A DNA stretch of 64,000 nucleotides from an uncultured delta proteobacterium (GCA_963745035.1 CAVUVW010000011.1:64001-128000); one strand, 5' to 3'; shown: positions 10,949 through 21,229, counted from the stretch's first letter. The notes: generated by a model from the sequence alone, not told the origin. A program made the numbers and translations.

Positions 10949-11759
10949 CTATTGATCAATGGCCGAGAGTAGCGATAACCGACCATTTGCCGGCTCGGAG
11001 CGGTACTCGATCGGTGTTGAACGGTCGCTGGCTGCGCGCGCGTAAATGCGGTCCAGCACCGCGGCAGTCAGCTCTGCTACGGTCCCATCGAACACGACGC
11101 GGCCGCGCGACAAGGCCGATCACTCGATCGGCGAATGCCTTGGCAAACTCTACCTGATGGAGGCTCACGATCGCGGTGAGATGTTCCGCTTTGGCGATTC
11201 GGTGTAGCAACGACAGCACGTGCCGCGCGGTTGCCGGGTCGAGGCTGGCGACCGGCTCGTCGGCGAGGATCAATTTGGGCCTCTGCGCCAGCGCGCGCGC
11301 GATGCCGAGGCGCTGCTGCTCGCCGCCGCTCAAACGATCCGCTCGCTCCATCGCCTTATGCGCGAGCCCCACTTGGTCGAGAGCCGCCAGTGCCAAAAGC
11401 TTGTCCTCCCGAGGCAGCGGCAGGAGGCTGCGCAGCGCGCCGTGAAAGCCGATACGGCCCATGAGGACGTTATCCAAGGCGGAGTATCGACCGATCAACT
11501 GATGCTGCTGGAAGATCATACCGGTTTTAAGCCGATGGGTTCGAATGGTGCGCCGGTCATTGAGCTCTCCCAACTCCCCGACCCGAATCTCGCCGGTAGA
11601 AGGAGCGTTCAAGAGATTGAGGCAGCGCAGCAGTGTCGATTTCCCGGCGCCTGAGGGACCGAGCAGGACAGTAAATTCGCCGCTGCGAAAGTCCAGAGAC
11701 GTGGGCCCAAGCGCAGTGACAGCGCCATAGATTTGACTGAGATTTCTGACCTGGATCAC
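10949..11759 (-). CDS. ptxA: Phosphite/phosphonate ABC transporter ATPase (PhnC family; frameshift near 11110)
   Basis: Walker A GPSGAGKST, LSGGEQQR, LADEPVASLDP; corrected frame ends ...SAIDQ* at 10949; GTG at 11759 follows AAAGGA (alternative start 11807). Confidence 0.85.
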
Positions 11760-11823
11760 GCGATTTCCTTTGGCGAATTGATATTTACTCTCGATTTGAA
11801 TAGTCACTGCGGACGACGAATGT

Positions 11824-11850
11824 GTGAATACAGAATTACAGTTCGGTTAA
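11824..11850 (-). promoter_or_regulatory. Putative Pho box (three half-sites at 11-bp period) upstream of ptxA
   Basis: Minus strand reads TTAAC-N6-GTAAT-N6-TTCAC; plus-strand units start at 11824, 11835 and 11846. Confidence 0.6.
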
Positions 11851-12020
11851 AATTCAGGCCGAGAATTTCCATCCCGCTGCTCGTCGGCCAAGTGATAAAA
11901 GCCGGCCCTTGCCGGCATGGAAAAAAAAGAGGAATCTAAAATTGTCCTGGCGGTGCGCTGCGCCGTTTTGCGCCAGGGTTTCTCCGGCGGCAGCAATACA
12001 GCGGTAAGGTGAATATTACG

Positions 12021-12605
12021 ATGGCTGGCGAAGATCAAAAAATATTCTTGTTACGCCACGGCGAAACCGAGTGGAGTCAGAATGGACGACACACCGGCGT
12101 GACCGATATTCCTCTTACAGAGAACGGGCGCTTGGCAGCGCGGCGTCTCGCTCCCATTCTGGCCCGAGAGATTTTCGCACTAGTTCTCACCAGTCCACTC
12201 CAGCGCGCTCGCGACACTTGCGAGCTGGCTGGTCTCGGCAAGCAGGCGCATGCCGCGACAGATCTCATGGAATGGAACTACGGCGAGTATGAGGGACTTA
12301 CAACGCAGCAAATTCGCCAGACACGACCGGATTGGTCGGTTTTCCGCGACGGTTGTCCGGGCGGCGAGTCGCCGGAGCAGGTCGGCGCGCGCGCTGATCG
12401 TCTGCTCGTCAAAATTCGCGCCACCGAGGGAAACGTCGCCCTATTCGGCCACGGCCATTTTTCCCGTGTTCTCGCGGCGCGCTGGATCAACCTGCCGGCA
12501 AGCTACGGCGAGCACTTTCTGCTCGATACCGCGACCTTGAACGTGCTCGGTTATTATCGCGAATCGCCGGCGTTGAAGATGTGGAATGCGCCGCTGCCAC
12601 GCTAA
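12021..12605 (+). CDS. Histidine phosphatase (phosphoglycerate mutase family), copy 1
   Basis: LLRHGETEWS, SPLQRA, EWNYGEYEG and GHGH motifs. Confidence 0.9.
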   Translation: MAGEDQKIFLLRHGETEWSQNGRHTGVTDIPLTENGRLAARRLAPILAREIFALVLTSPLQRARDTCELAGLGKQAHAATDLMEWNYGEYEGLTTQQIRQTRPDWSVFRDGCPGGESPEQVGARADRLLVKIRATEGNVALFGHGHFSRVLAARWINLPASYGEHFLLDTATLNVLGYYRESPALKMWNAPLPR

Positions 12606-12809
12606 TATTCGCGAAGGCCGCTGATATCGTATGTTCCGCGCGACGAGGCCGTCTGAAATTCATATAGGCAGATCCTCTCATGAAGATTTAAAGGATGTAT
12701 TGGTAACATTTTTCCCAGGTGTTAGATTCTCTACGCATCGAAGCAGTAATCAGCGGTAAGATATTACTTGCCATCTGCCATTATGTGGCAGCCAGAAAGG
12801 AGAAAAACC

Positions 12810-12929
12810 ATGTCTAACCACGGCAGTGAAAGCGAGAACCCAGTAATCCCCTCGCCGACTCCCAAGCGGATTCGGCCCAGGACGAACAGGGACTGGTGGC
12901 CGGATCAGCTGGAGCTCTCAAACTTCTAA
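12810..12929 (+). pseudogene. katG: Catalase-peroxidase N-terminal stub (about 37 homologous codons)
   Basis: [37 protein letters not shown] matches the KatG N-terminus (NRDWWPxQL); GAAAGGAG RBS; below the ORF-track size cut-off. Confidence 0.8.
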
Positions 12930-13605
12930 AGCAAGGGTCACTGCCTTATCGACGTGAATAGCCATGGTATCAAAGAGTCGCAAGGGCGTGTCTTCCTGGC
13001 GGATCAGCAAAGGGAGTTCCGTGCAGGCTAGTACCAGAGCTTGCGCTCCGGCGCGTTGCAGATCGAGGATGATGGCGAGTAGTTTTGCTTTCGAGTCACC
13101 CATCAGCTTGCCTGCGCACAACTCATTTAAATAACCTCGTGAACGCAGGTTCTCTGTCGTTCGCCGGGGAGTAAGACGTCGATGCCTCGGCTGCGCAAAC
13201 GGTCTCGATAAAAATCTTGCTGCATCACGAATTTGGTGCCCAGCAGGCCAACCCTCCGGATTCCCGCGGCCGCAATCGCCTCTCCGGCGGCGTAGGCGAT
13301 GTGCAACAGTGGAATCTTGATCTCTGCTTGCACGGAGTCGGCAGCTTTGTGCGCCGTATTCGACGCCAGAAGAATAAACTCGACTCCCGCCCGCTCCAAA
13401 CGTTTGGCTGCGTCAACCAAAACTACAGCGAACTCCTCCCAGCGCTCATCCAATTCGAGCTGCGCTACCGGCTCGAAGTCGAGGCTATACATGACCAGCT
13501 TGGCGGAATGCGCCGGTCCTAATCGCGCTTTCACTTGCTCATTGATCGGTAATACTCTGCCGAGGACTCCCAACTCATGCCGCCGATGATGCCGATCGTT
13601 TTCAT
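12918..13605 (-). CDS. Aspartate/glutamate racemase family (YgeA/RacX-like), two frameshifts
   Basis: [15 protein letters not shown] start; ASNTAH, GLLGTKF and LACTELP motifs spread across three frames. Confidence 0.85.
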
Positions 13606-13898
13606 GGCAGTCTCCTGTGCGCGGTCGCTGTCGGTTTTGTACTGCGGCTGGACTGGTGAGTGTTTGGACCGGGAAGACGCCAGGCCGCCATTCGGTCGAA
13701 TAGACTTACAGCAAACCGGCGGAAGAAGCCTCGCGATGATTCGCTCGCCGCATCGCCCTGCCTAGTTGAATACATTGCCCAATCCCGCTCGACGCGCATG
13801 CGATCGGCTTTGCTCAAACGTTGCTCGCAGACCGGACCGCGGCAGCAGCGGCAGATAAGAAAAACGCCGCAATCTTCCGTGTGAAAGAAGTGTTTCAT
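13602..13898 (-). CDS. Small Cys-rich hypothetical protein
   Basis: GGAGGA RBS; stop overlaps the racemase ATG (ATGA); divergent from the MocR gene. Confidence 0.6.
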   Translation of the reverse strand: MKHFFHTEDCGVFLICRCCRGPVCEQRLSKADRMRVERDWAMYSTRQGDAASESSRGFFRRFAVSLFDRMAAWRLPGPNTHQSSRSTKPTATAHRRLP

Positions 13899-13961
13899 GG
13901 CTATTCCTCCGATCGGTTCTCCTATGTGGAGTGGAATTTAGCCAGTCCGCCGGATAGAGTA

Positions 13962-14045
13962 CAGATTCAGTTATTTGAAATTAACACCATAACAGTCATT
14001 AAATCTCACAACTGTGCTCATCGATCTATACGGCGACTGTATCTG
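13962..14045. promoter_or_regulatory. Putative MocR operator in the divergent intergenic region
   Basis: Outer inverted pair CAGATTCAGT / ACTGTATCTG (one mismatch) with inner ACAGT / ACTGT in an AT-rich spacer. Confidence 0.55.
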
Positions 14046-14057
14046 CCGGGGAAATAA

Positions 14058-15509
14058 ATGGAGCGCTATACTCGGGCCATGCTGGGACAAGAAACGAGAA
14101 ACGAGGCGTTGTTGTACCAACAGGTGGCGGATCACATCACCAAGCTGATCGATCAGGGTACACTCCACGCCGGCGAGCGTCTTCCATCGATAAGAAAACT
14201 GAGCTCGCAGATGGATGTGAGTATTTCCACCGTGCTCCAGGCTTACATGATCCTGGAGGACAAGGAATGGATCGAGGCGAAACCTCAGTCGGGATTTTAC
14301 GTTAGGCCGAGGCGCAGCCTGCCGCCCGAGCCCAAGACTTCGAGCCCCTCACTTGTCGTGACGCGCGTCGGGGTGAATGAGTTGGTCGCCCAGGTTTTTC
14401 AGTCCGCGCACGACCCGGAAACGGTTCAGCTCGCGCTATCGACGCCGAGCCCGGATCATCTTCCGGTCAAACGGTTGAATCGCCTGATGGCGGCGGCGAC
14501 GGGCAGGGCCGGAGCCCGCGCTCTGAGCTACGATTTTCCGCCGGGATATGCTCCGCTGCGCCATGAGATCGCGAAGCGATTGATGGATTCCGGGTGCCGG
14601 CTATCGGAAAGCGAGATCGTCACCACCAACGGAACCATGGAGGCGCTCAATCTTTGCCTTCGCGCGGTGGCGAAAGCAGGGGATGTCATTGCGATCGAAT
14701 CGCCGGCGTTTTACGGTACCTTACAAATCATCGAGAGCCTCGGTATGAGGGCTTTGGAGATTCCCACCGACCCGCGCGACGGAATCATTCTGAGCGCGCT
14801 GGATTCCTCGATGAGAAGGCAAAGAATCAAAGCATGCCTGTTTGTCACGAACTTCAGCAATCCGTTGGGTAGCTGCATGCCGGACGCCCATAAGAAGGAA
14901 TTGGTCGAGCTGCTCGCACGGCGCGAGATTCCATTGATCGAAGATGATATCTACGGCGATTTGTATTTTGGCGCGGCGCGACCACGGACGGCAAAGGGCT
15001 ACGACAAGAAGGGGCTAGTGCTGCTGTGCTCGTCATTTTCGAAGACGTTGGCGCCGGGCTACCGTGTCGGCTGGACTTCGCCGGGACGGTTCAGGCCTCA
15101 GGTCGAAAGTCTCAAGTTTACCAGCTCGATGGCGACCGCTACGGCGCCGCAGATGGCGATCGCGGATTTTCTGCAGAGCGGAGGGTATGATCGTTATCTG
15201 AGAAAGATCCGCCGCATTTTGATGACGCAGGTTCAGCAGATGAGCAACGCCATGGGCAGATATTTTCCCGACGGGACAAAGGTCACCAGGCCTCGGGGAG
15301 GCTGCGTGCTCTGGGTCGAACTGCCGCGCCCCGTGGATTCGATTGAGCTGCATCGCCGGGCGCTGGAACAGAAGATCAGCATTGCGCCCGGCCCGATCTT
15401 CTCGCCGAAGCAGAGGTACAAGAATTTCATTCGACTGAGCTGCGGCCTGCCGTGGTCGGAAAAAGTCGATAGGGCCGTCGCGACCCTGGGAGAGTTGGCT
15501 CGGCAATAG
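14058..15509 (+). CDS. MocR/GabR family regulator (GntR HTH fused to a PLP aminotransferase domain)
   Basis: GERLPSIR...PQSGFYV HTH; IEDDIYGDL; SFSKTLAPGYRVGW PLP lysine. Confidence 0.93.
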   Translation: MERYTRAMLGQETRNEALLYQQVADHITKLIDQGTLHAGERLPSIRKLSSQMDVSISTVLQAYMILEDKEWIEAKPQSGFYVRPRRSLPPEPKTSSPSLVVTRVGVNELVAQVFQSAHDPETVQLALSTPSPDHLPVKRLNRLMAAATGRAGARALSYDFPPGYAPLRHEIAKRLMDSGCRLSESEIVTTNGTMEALNLCLRAVAKAGDVIAIESPAFYGTLQIIESLGMRALEIPTDPRDGIILSALDSSMRRQRIKACLFVTNFSNPLGSCMPDAHKKELVELLARREIPLIEDDIYGDLYFGAARPRTAKGYDKKGLVLLCSSFSKTLAPGYRVGWTSPGRFRPQVESLKFTSSMATATAPQMAIADFLQSGGYDRYLRKIRRILMTQVQQMSNAMGRYFPDGTKVTRPRGGCVLWVELPRPVDSIELHRRALEQKISIAPGPIFSPKQRYKNFIRLSCGLPWSEKVDRAVATLGELARQ

Positions 15510-15639
15510 GTAGTGAGTTATCGTGTGTTGCTCGTGATTCTGAAACTTTTAGCTGCCGGTGCAACTCAACTGCAGAGAGACCGCAAGTCTGACAGACCCG
15601 AAACTAAGAAGCCATCGGCGTGCAGCGCAAAGTACTTTT

Positions 15640-16116
15640 ATGGCTGAAGCGCGACAACCTCCGAAAGGTTTCAAAGAGCCGAATGCCATCGACCGGATGA
15701 TTAACCGTGCGTTTGGCTTTCTATTGAAGGCGGGTATCGGTTTGCCGCACAATTATTTATTGGAAGTTCGCGGACGCAAAACCGGCAGAACCTACGCGAC
15801 ACCGGTCAACGTGCTCGAACACGGAGGCAGGAAGTATCTGGTCGCGCCGCGCGGTTATACCCAGTGGGTTAGGAATGCGGAAACAAGCGGCGAAGCGGCC
15901 TTGGTCAGAGGCGCCAGGCGCGAGAGAATAAGGTTAAGGGCTGTTCCGGATCAAGCAAAGGCAGAGCTTCTCAAAATCTATCTCGATCGCTTCAAGCTGA
16001 CGGTGCAGCGCTATTTTCCGATCCCGGCCGGATCGTCTAAGGAATCTTTTGCGCCGCTATCCGGACGTTATCCTGTCTTTGAGCTGACCCGAAATGAGGC
16101 GGCGTCAGATAATTAA
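15640..16116 (+). CDS. Deazaflavin (F420)-dependent nitroreductase family (DDN-like) protein
   Basis: LEVRGRKTGRTYATPV, QWVRN and YPVFEL motifs. Confidence 0.78.
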   Translation: MAEARQPPKGFKEPNAIDRMINRAFGFLLKAGIGLPHNYLLEVRGRKTGRTYATPVNVLEHGGRKYLVAPRGYTQWVRNAETSGEAALVRGARRERIRLRAVPDQAKAELLKIYLDRFKLTVQRYFPIPAGSSKESFAPLSGRYPVFELTRNEAASDN

Positions 16117-16131
16117 CGAGGGAATGGAGCT

Positions 16132-16716
16132 GTGGCTAACGAAGAACAGAATGTCTCTCTACTGCGCCACGGGGAGACGGAGTGGAGCAGGAGCGGAAAG
16201 CACACGAGTGTGACCGATCTTCCGTTGACCGAGAACGGACGGGCGGCCGCGCGACGCTTGCGGTCTCTTCTAGCCGCGCAAAAGTTTGCGCGAGTGCTGA
16301 CGAGCCCGCTCCAGCGTGCGCGCGAAACCTGCGAGCTCGCCGGCCTCGGTGCGCAAGCGGCGATCGAGCCTGACCTCATGGAATGGAACTACGGAGAGTA
16401 CGAAGGGCTTACGACAAAGCAAATTCGTCTGGCCAGGCCTGGCTGGTCGCTCTTTCGAGACGGCTGTCCCGGCGGCGAGTCACCGGATCAGGTTGCCGCG
16501 CGCGCCGACCGCGTTGTCGACAAGATCCGCGGCACGGATGGAGACGTTGTGCTGTTCGCGCACGGCCATATTCTGCGCGTGCTTGCGGCACGCTGGATCG
16601 ACTTGCCGGCAAGCCATGGTGAGCACTTCTTACTCGATACGGCGACGTTGAGCGTGCTGGGCTACTACCGCGAGCAACCCGCTATTAGGATCTGGAACGC
16701 GCCGCTGACGGTCTGA
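16132..16716 (+). CDS. Histidine phosphatase, copy 2
   Basis: LLRHGETEWS; gapless alignment with copy 1, 144/194 identical residues by manual count. Confidence 0.9.
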   Translation: MANEEQNVSLLRHGETEWSRSGKHTSVTDLPLTENGRAAARRLRSLLAAQKFARVLTSPLQRARETCELAGLGAQAAIEPDLMEWNYGEYEGLTTKQIRLARPGWSLFRDGCPGGESPDQVAARADRVVDKIRGTDGDVVLFAHGHILRVLAARWIDLPASHGEHFLLDTATLSVLGYYREQPAIRIWNAPLTV

Positions 16717-16875
16717 GATTCGCGAAGAGCACGGCCCACCCCGGGAGTGAAATTGAGCGTTTGTTTGTGGAAGAGGCACGAACGTGATGAACTGATCGGC
16801 GCCAAAAACCGGGAAGAGCTTTTCGGTTTTCGCACCGCATGAGAAAGCGGCGGCGATTCCTGGGAGGATGACCGC

Positions 16876-17624
16876 ATGATATTTCGCGTAGCGACTTTGA
16901 ACTTGGAGCAGGACCAGAGACGTTGGGAGGCGCGCCGGAACCTCGTGGTCGCCCAATTTGCTAAGTTGCGTCCCGATATTTGGGCGCTCAATGAGATTCA
17001 TATCCCGAGTCAGACGGGACGGTGGTTGCAGCGCGCTGCGGCGCAAGCGAGTGGGACGAGATACGCTTTGGTGCAGCAGTCCAAGGCCGGCGAAGACGGG
17101 CGCGCCCAGGCAGAAGGGCTGCTCACGCGCTATCCGGTGGTCGAGTCGGCGAATCTCGACTATCACTCGCATGACTGCGTTGCCTTGGTCGTCCGCTTGG
17201 AAATCGACGGCCGTTTGCTCGACGTCTACGTGACTCATTTGATTGCCGCCAAGGTCGCCGATTCGGCGCGGCAGCATCAAGCGGCTTTGCTTCTGGATTG
17301 GATGCGGACGCGCGCCGACGCGGTCGGTGCGGTCGTTTGCGGGGACTTCAACGCGGCGCCCGATCAGCCATCGATCCGCACATGGCCGCGGCTTTGCGCG
17401 CGACGCAAAGCCAACCGACCGCCTTCACGCCGCTGCGCGAGCCCGATGGCGAGCCCACCCATCCGGAGTGGCCGCGCTTCGATCGCTGCATCGACTACAT
17501 CTGGGTATCCGCGTCGATCAAAGTTCACGCCACCGGTTTGTGCTTCAACGAGCCGGCCGCGGACGATCCCAACCTGTGGCCGTCCGATCACATCGGTGTA
17601 TGGGCCGATTTGGAGCTTGCTTGA
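16876..17624 (+). CDS. Endonuclease/exonuclease/phosphatase family protein (frameshift near 17375)
   Basis: VATLNL, ALNE, VTHL and GDFN, then IDYIW and SDH in the second frame. Confidence 0.85.
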
Positions 17625-18098
17625 TAAGCTGAGTAGTTTGCCCTTTACGGTTTTTTCGGCACGAGGCGGCGCGCCAGGCCCACCGACACTAGCGCAATCG
17701 AGATCGCGATGACACCCATGGCCATGCCGGCGGCGGGACTGCGTCAGCGATGTATTTGGGATGCTCGTTGCCACGTCGACGTGACGGCTGGTGATCTGGG
17801 CGAAGCGCGCCTTGCCAAAGCGCTTGGCGGTGTTAAGCACCAAATCCCGCAGCGGCGCAAGAATTTGTCGGCGCTCCTGACAATCCTGCGCGGCAGAGGG
17901 CGGCAATGCCGTCGCATGCGATAGATGCGCTGATCAAATGCCACGGCGACCCGTCTTTCAAGCAGGTGGAAATCGCGTCAGAGCTGCGGGAAAGCGCTTG
18001 TTTCGTTGTGGCGGTTGGAATAGATTGGCCGATAGTTGGCAAACAACGTCGCGTACACTGGGACTTTCGCGGTTAAACGATAAACTAAGGAGACTGCC

Positions 18099-19124
18099 AT
18101 GATCGACATGCATGCCCATTGGAGGCCCGCCGAGCTGATCGACGCCCTGCGCGCCCGCACCAAGGAACCGCGCATCGTACGCAATCAGGACGGCGTAGAA
18201 GTGGTGAAAAGCCGGATCGGCGAGGAGCCGGTGTCCAAGGCGTTTGATGACGTGGACTTCCATCTCGCAAGGATGGATCGCCAGGGCGTGAACACCAGCG
18301 TGCTGTCGCTGCTCGGCGCGTACTGCTGGATCGAGTCGCAGCCGATCGAGGTTTCGCTGCCGCTTTGCAGGATGGTCAACGACGCGCTGTCGAGGCTTTG
18401 CCAGCAATACGAGGGGCGCTTCAGTGCGTTTGCCGCGCTGCCGCTCGTGGATATGTCCGTCGCCGCCGCCGAGTTTGAGCGCGCGCTGGCGCTGCCGGGC
18501 GTGGTCGGCGCGCAAGTGCCGGGAAACGGGTTTTTAACCAAGAAGGACGCCGAGGCCATGCGCCCGCTGTTGGAAGTGGCGAACCGGCGCCGTGCGATCG
18601 TGTTCATTCATCACGGTCCGCGGCCTGGCGATGCGTTTCCCAAGGTATCCGGCGACACCGACAACGCGCGCCGCCGCAACGGCACGCTCGACATGCAGGC
18701 GAGCTTGTCCTCGGTGATGGTGACCTTGTGCCTCACCGACTACCTCGCGCCGTACCCCGATGCGACGGTCCTGGTTCACAATCTCGGCGGCAATATTCCC
18801 TACGAGATCGAGCGCATGGATCACCGCTGCCTGCTGGACTCAGCGACGGAGGAACTGCCGTCGTCGCGCTTCCGCCGCGCGAAGGTGTTCGTGGATTGCA
18901 ACTCGTTCGGCCCGGGCGCGATCGAGGCTGCGGTGCGCTTGTACGGCGCCGAGCGCATCGTGTGCGGCACCGACGGAACCGAATTCGGCTGCGAGTGGAC
19001 CAGCAAGGCGCTTGCGGAAGCGCAGATCGGCGAGGAGGCGCGCGAGAAGATCCTGCGCAGCAATGCCGCAGCGATGATGTCGCGGCTCGCCAAGGTCGCG
19101 CAGCGCGAAACAGTCGCCGCGTAG
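18099..19124 (+). CDS. Amidohydrolase family 2 (ACMSD-like)
   Basis: IDMHAH, FIH and GTD motifs; AAGGAG RBS. Confidence 0.88.
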   Translation: MIDMHAHWRPAELIDALRARTKEPRIVRNQDGVEVVKSRIGEEPVSKAFDDVDFHLARMDRQGVNTSVLSLLGAYCWIESQPIEVSLPLCRMVNDALSRLCQQYEGRFSAFAALPLVDMSVAAAEFERALALPGVVGAQVPGNGFLTKKDAEAMRPLLEVANRRRAIVFIHHGPRPGDAFPKVSGDTDNARRRNGTLDMQASLSSVMVTLCLTDYLAPYPDATVLVHNLGGNIPYEIERMDHRCLLDSATEELPSSRFRRAKVFVDCNSFGPGAIEAAVRLYGAERIVCGTDGTEFGCEWTSKALAEAQIGEEAREKILRSNAAAMMSRLAKVAQRETVAA

Positions 19125-19441
19125 TCCTAGCGCGGGCAGAGAACGGGCGTTGAATCCTAACTTTTGACATTTACGGTTTCGCCTCAATCGATTTTCCTGC
19201 CATCATCCAAAGTAATGATTTGACCCTGACGCTTGCTGCGGGCCAGAAAAAGGGTGGTTTAAAGTTCCTATACAGAAGCGGTAACGCGGCGGGACTTGAG
19301 TCGGGCAATCGCGCCAAGCGCATCGGCGATCAATTCGATTTGCGATCGAGACGATCATGAAACCATGCTTCGGTATTCTTGAAGCAGGGTCCATGTTAAA
19401 ATACTAGGAATTCCGGTAATGGCCGATGTGAGGAGGCGGGC

Positions 19442-21229
19442 ATGAGCAATCGCTGGAAGAGAGGGGCTCAATTCATTCTCTTGTTGGTTTTTGCCATTTA
19501 TTGTCAGGCGGCCATATCCCAGCAAAGACCTGATAGCAATCTATTGGTTCTGACCGGCGCGACGGTCATTGATGGGTTGGGAGGTTCTCCAATTCCAGAA
19601 GCAGTTGTTCTGGTTGAAGGAGATAAGATCAAAGCCGTCGGAGCGAAGGGAACAAGCTATCCTTCGGGTGCCACCGTTGTAGACCTGTCCGGAAAGGTCA
19701 TCATCCCCGGGCTGATCGACTCGCACACTCACTATGAGGAGTGGATGGGCGAGATGTTTCTCAACCACGGCGTAACGTCCATTTACGCGGTGGGCGGCGA
19801 CTGGGGCCGGGCGAAGGAACGCTCCCAGCAGAGCGACGCAAGAACGCCGAGGATTTACGACTCGGTCGGGGTCCTGCGGCATGCGCCTTCGATGACGCAG
19901 GAGCAGGTCCGCCACTCCGTGCGGCAATGGCTGCAGAAGAAACCGGATTTTGCGACGCTGGGCTCGTTCAATGACCGCAACAAGCAGGTGTACCAGTGGA
20001 CTGCGGAAGAGGTGCATCGCGCCGGCTTGATTGTCTTCGGCCACACCGAACATGCGCCGGACTCCATCCGGGCCGGACAGGACGTCGTCGAACACATCTG
20101 GGGTTTCTCACAGCCAACCATGTCTCCCAAGGAGCTGGAGGACTTTCAGAGCGGCAAATATTTGCATTGGGCCATGTTCTTGAGGGATTGGACGAAGCTC
20201 GATCAGTTGATCAAGGACGCGGTCGGCCGCGGCGCCTACATCAACCCCACATTCTATTTCGAGCTGGGCTCGTTGAGCGCGTTCGCGGTGCGTCACGAGC
20301 AGGAAGCTTATCGTGCCTATGGCCATCCCTCGCTCATGGCCTATTTCCCGCAGGGCATTGCCGACTCGTTGCTCCAAAAGCAAAGGCAAATCAGAAATTT
20401 CTCGGCCAAGTATGAAAACCTTGTTCTCCTGTCCGGGCTGCCCGCTGCGGAGGCGGAAGAATTCCGGCAAGGTTACAAGCTTGCGGGTGAATTCCTGAAA
20501 CGGTTTGTGAATGCCGGAGGCAAGATCCAGGCGGGAACGGATTCGCCGTCCGGAGGCACGCCCGGGCTCAGCCTCTTGCACGAAATGGATCTGCTGGTTG
20601 AAGCAGGATTGACGCCGATGCAGGCGCTGCAGTCGGCCACCGGCTGGTCGGCGGACAAGCTCGCCGGCAAGGGACGGGCGATGGGGAATCCAAAGGTGGG
20701 GTCGCTCGCGGAAGGGTCCTTCGCCGATCTCGTGGTTCTGGGCGCCAACCCATTGGAGGACATCACCAGTACGCGCAAGATCGAGCGGGTCATGAAGGGC
20801 GGGAAGTTCATCGCTCTCGGTTACACCCCTTCCTATTTCACGTTCACCAGGACCCCGCGCCGAATCGCGATGGCGACCCCGACGCCGGAGATCAGCGCAA
20901 TTACGCCTCACACTGTGGTTGAAGGCAGTGCGGCGTTCGAGATGACGGTGGAAGGCGTAGGCTTCGGGGCATATTCCGTGGTCCGGGTCGGCGGCATGTC
21001 AGTGCCGACCACATTCGTCGATCCGCGGACATTGAAGGTCACGATCCCGGCGGAGGTCTTTGCCCGCGCCACACCAAACCGTTTCGATGCCCCCGGCCCG
21101 GCGCAGAGAGTCGGCGTCTTCGGAGACAGGACTGCGCTGATTTCGGTCTACAATCCGCCTCCCGAAGGTGGAACCAGCACCACCATTTCGCTGCGCATAA
21201 GGGCCAAGGGAGGCCTGACCGGAGATTAG
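19442..21229 (+). CDS. Secreted amidohydrolase with C-terminal IPT/TIG-like domain
   Basis: Signal peptide; IPGLIDSHTH, AGTDS and ADLVVL motifs; C-terminal PEISAITP...GVGF...VYNPPPEGGTS. Confidence 0.8.
   Translation: MSNRWKRGAQFILLLVFAIYCQAAISQQRPDSNLLVLTGATVIDGLGGSPIPEAVVLVEGDKIKAVGAKGTSYPSGATVVDLSGKVIIPGLIDSHTHYEEWMGEMFLNHGVTSIYAVGGDWGRAKERSQQSDARTPRIYDSVGVLRHAPSMTQEQVRHSVRQWLQKKPDFATLGSFNDRNKQVYQWTAEEVHRAGLIVFGHTEHAPDSIRAGQDVVEHIWGFSQPTMSPKELEDFQSGKYLHWAMFLRDWTKLDQLIKDAVGRGAYINPTFYFELGSLSAFAVRHEQEAYRAYGHPSLMAYFPQGIADSLLQKQRQIRNFSAKYENLVLLSGLPAAEAEEFRQGYKLAGEFLKRFVNAGGKIQAGTDSPSGGTPGLSLLHEMDLLVEAGLTPMQALQSATGWSADKLAGKGRAMGNPKVGSLAEGSFADLVVLGANPLEDITSTRKIERVMKGGKFIALGYTPSYFTFTRTPRRIAMATPTPEISAITPHTVVEGSAAFEMTVEGVGFGAYSVVRVGGMSVPTTFVDPRTLKVTIPAEVFARATPNRFDAPGPAQRVGVFGDRTALISVYNPPPEGGTSTTISLRIRAKGGLTGD

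Noticed and set aside
12775-12791. CTGCCA-N5-TGGCAG palindrome upstream of the katG stub as an oxidative-stress operator
   Set aside because: It is too short and does not match OxyR, PerR or Fur consensus sequences that I can support.
17640-18060. Possible membrane-protein remnant on the minus strand (...MAMGVIAISIALVSVGLARRLVPKKP*)
   Set aside because: No start, RBS or recognisable family; overlapping ORFs are inconsistent. BLASTx would be needed.
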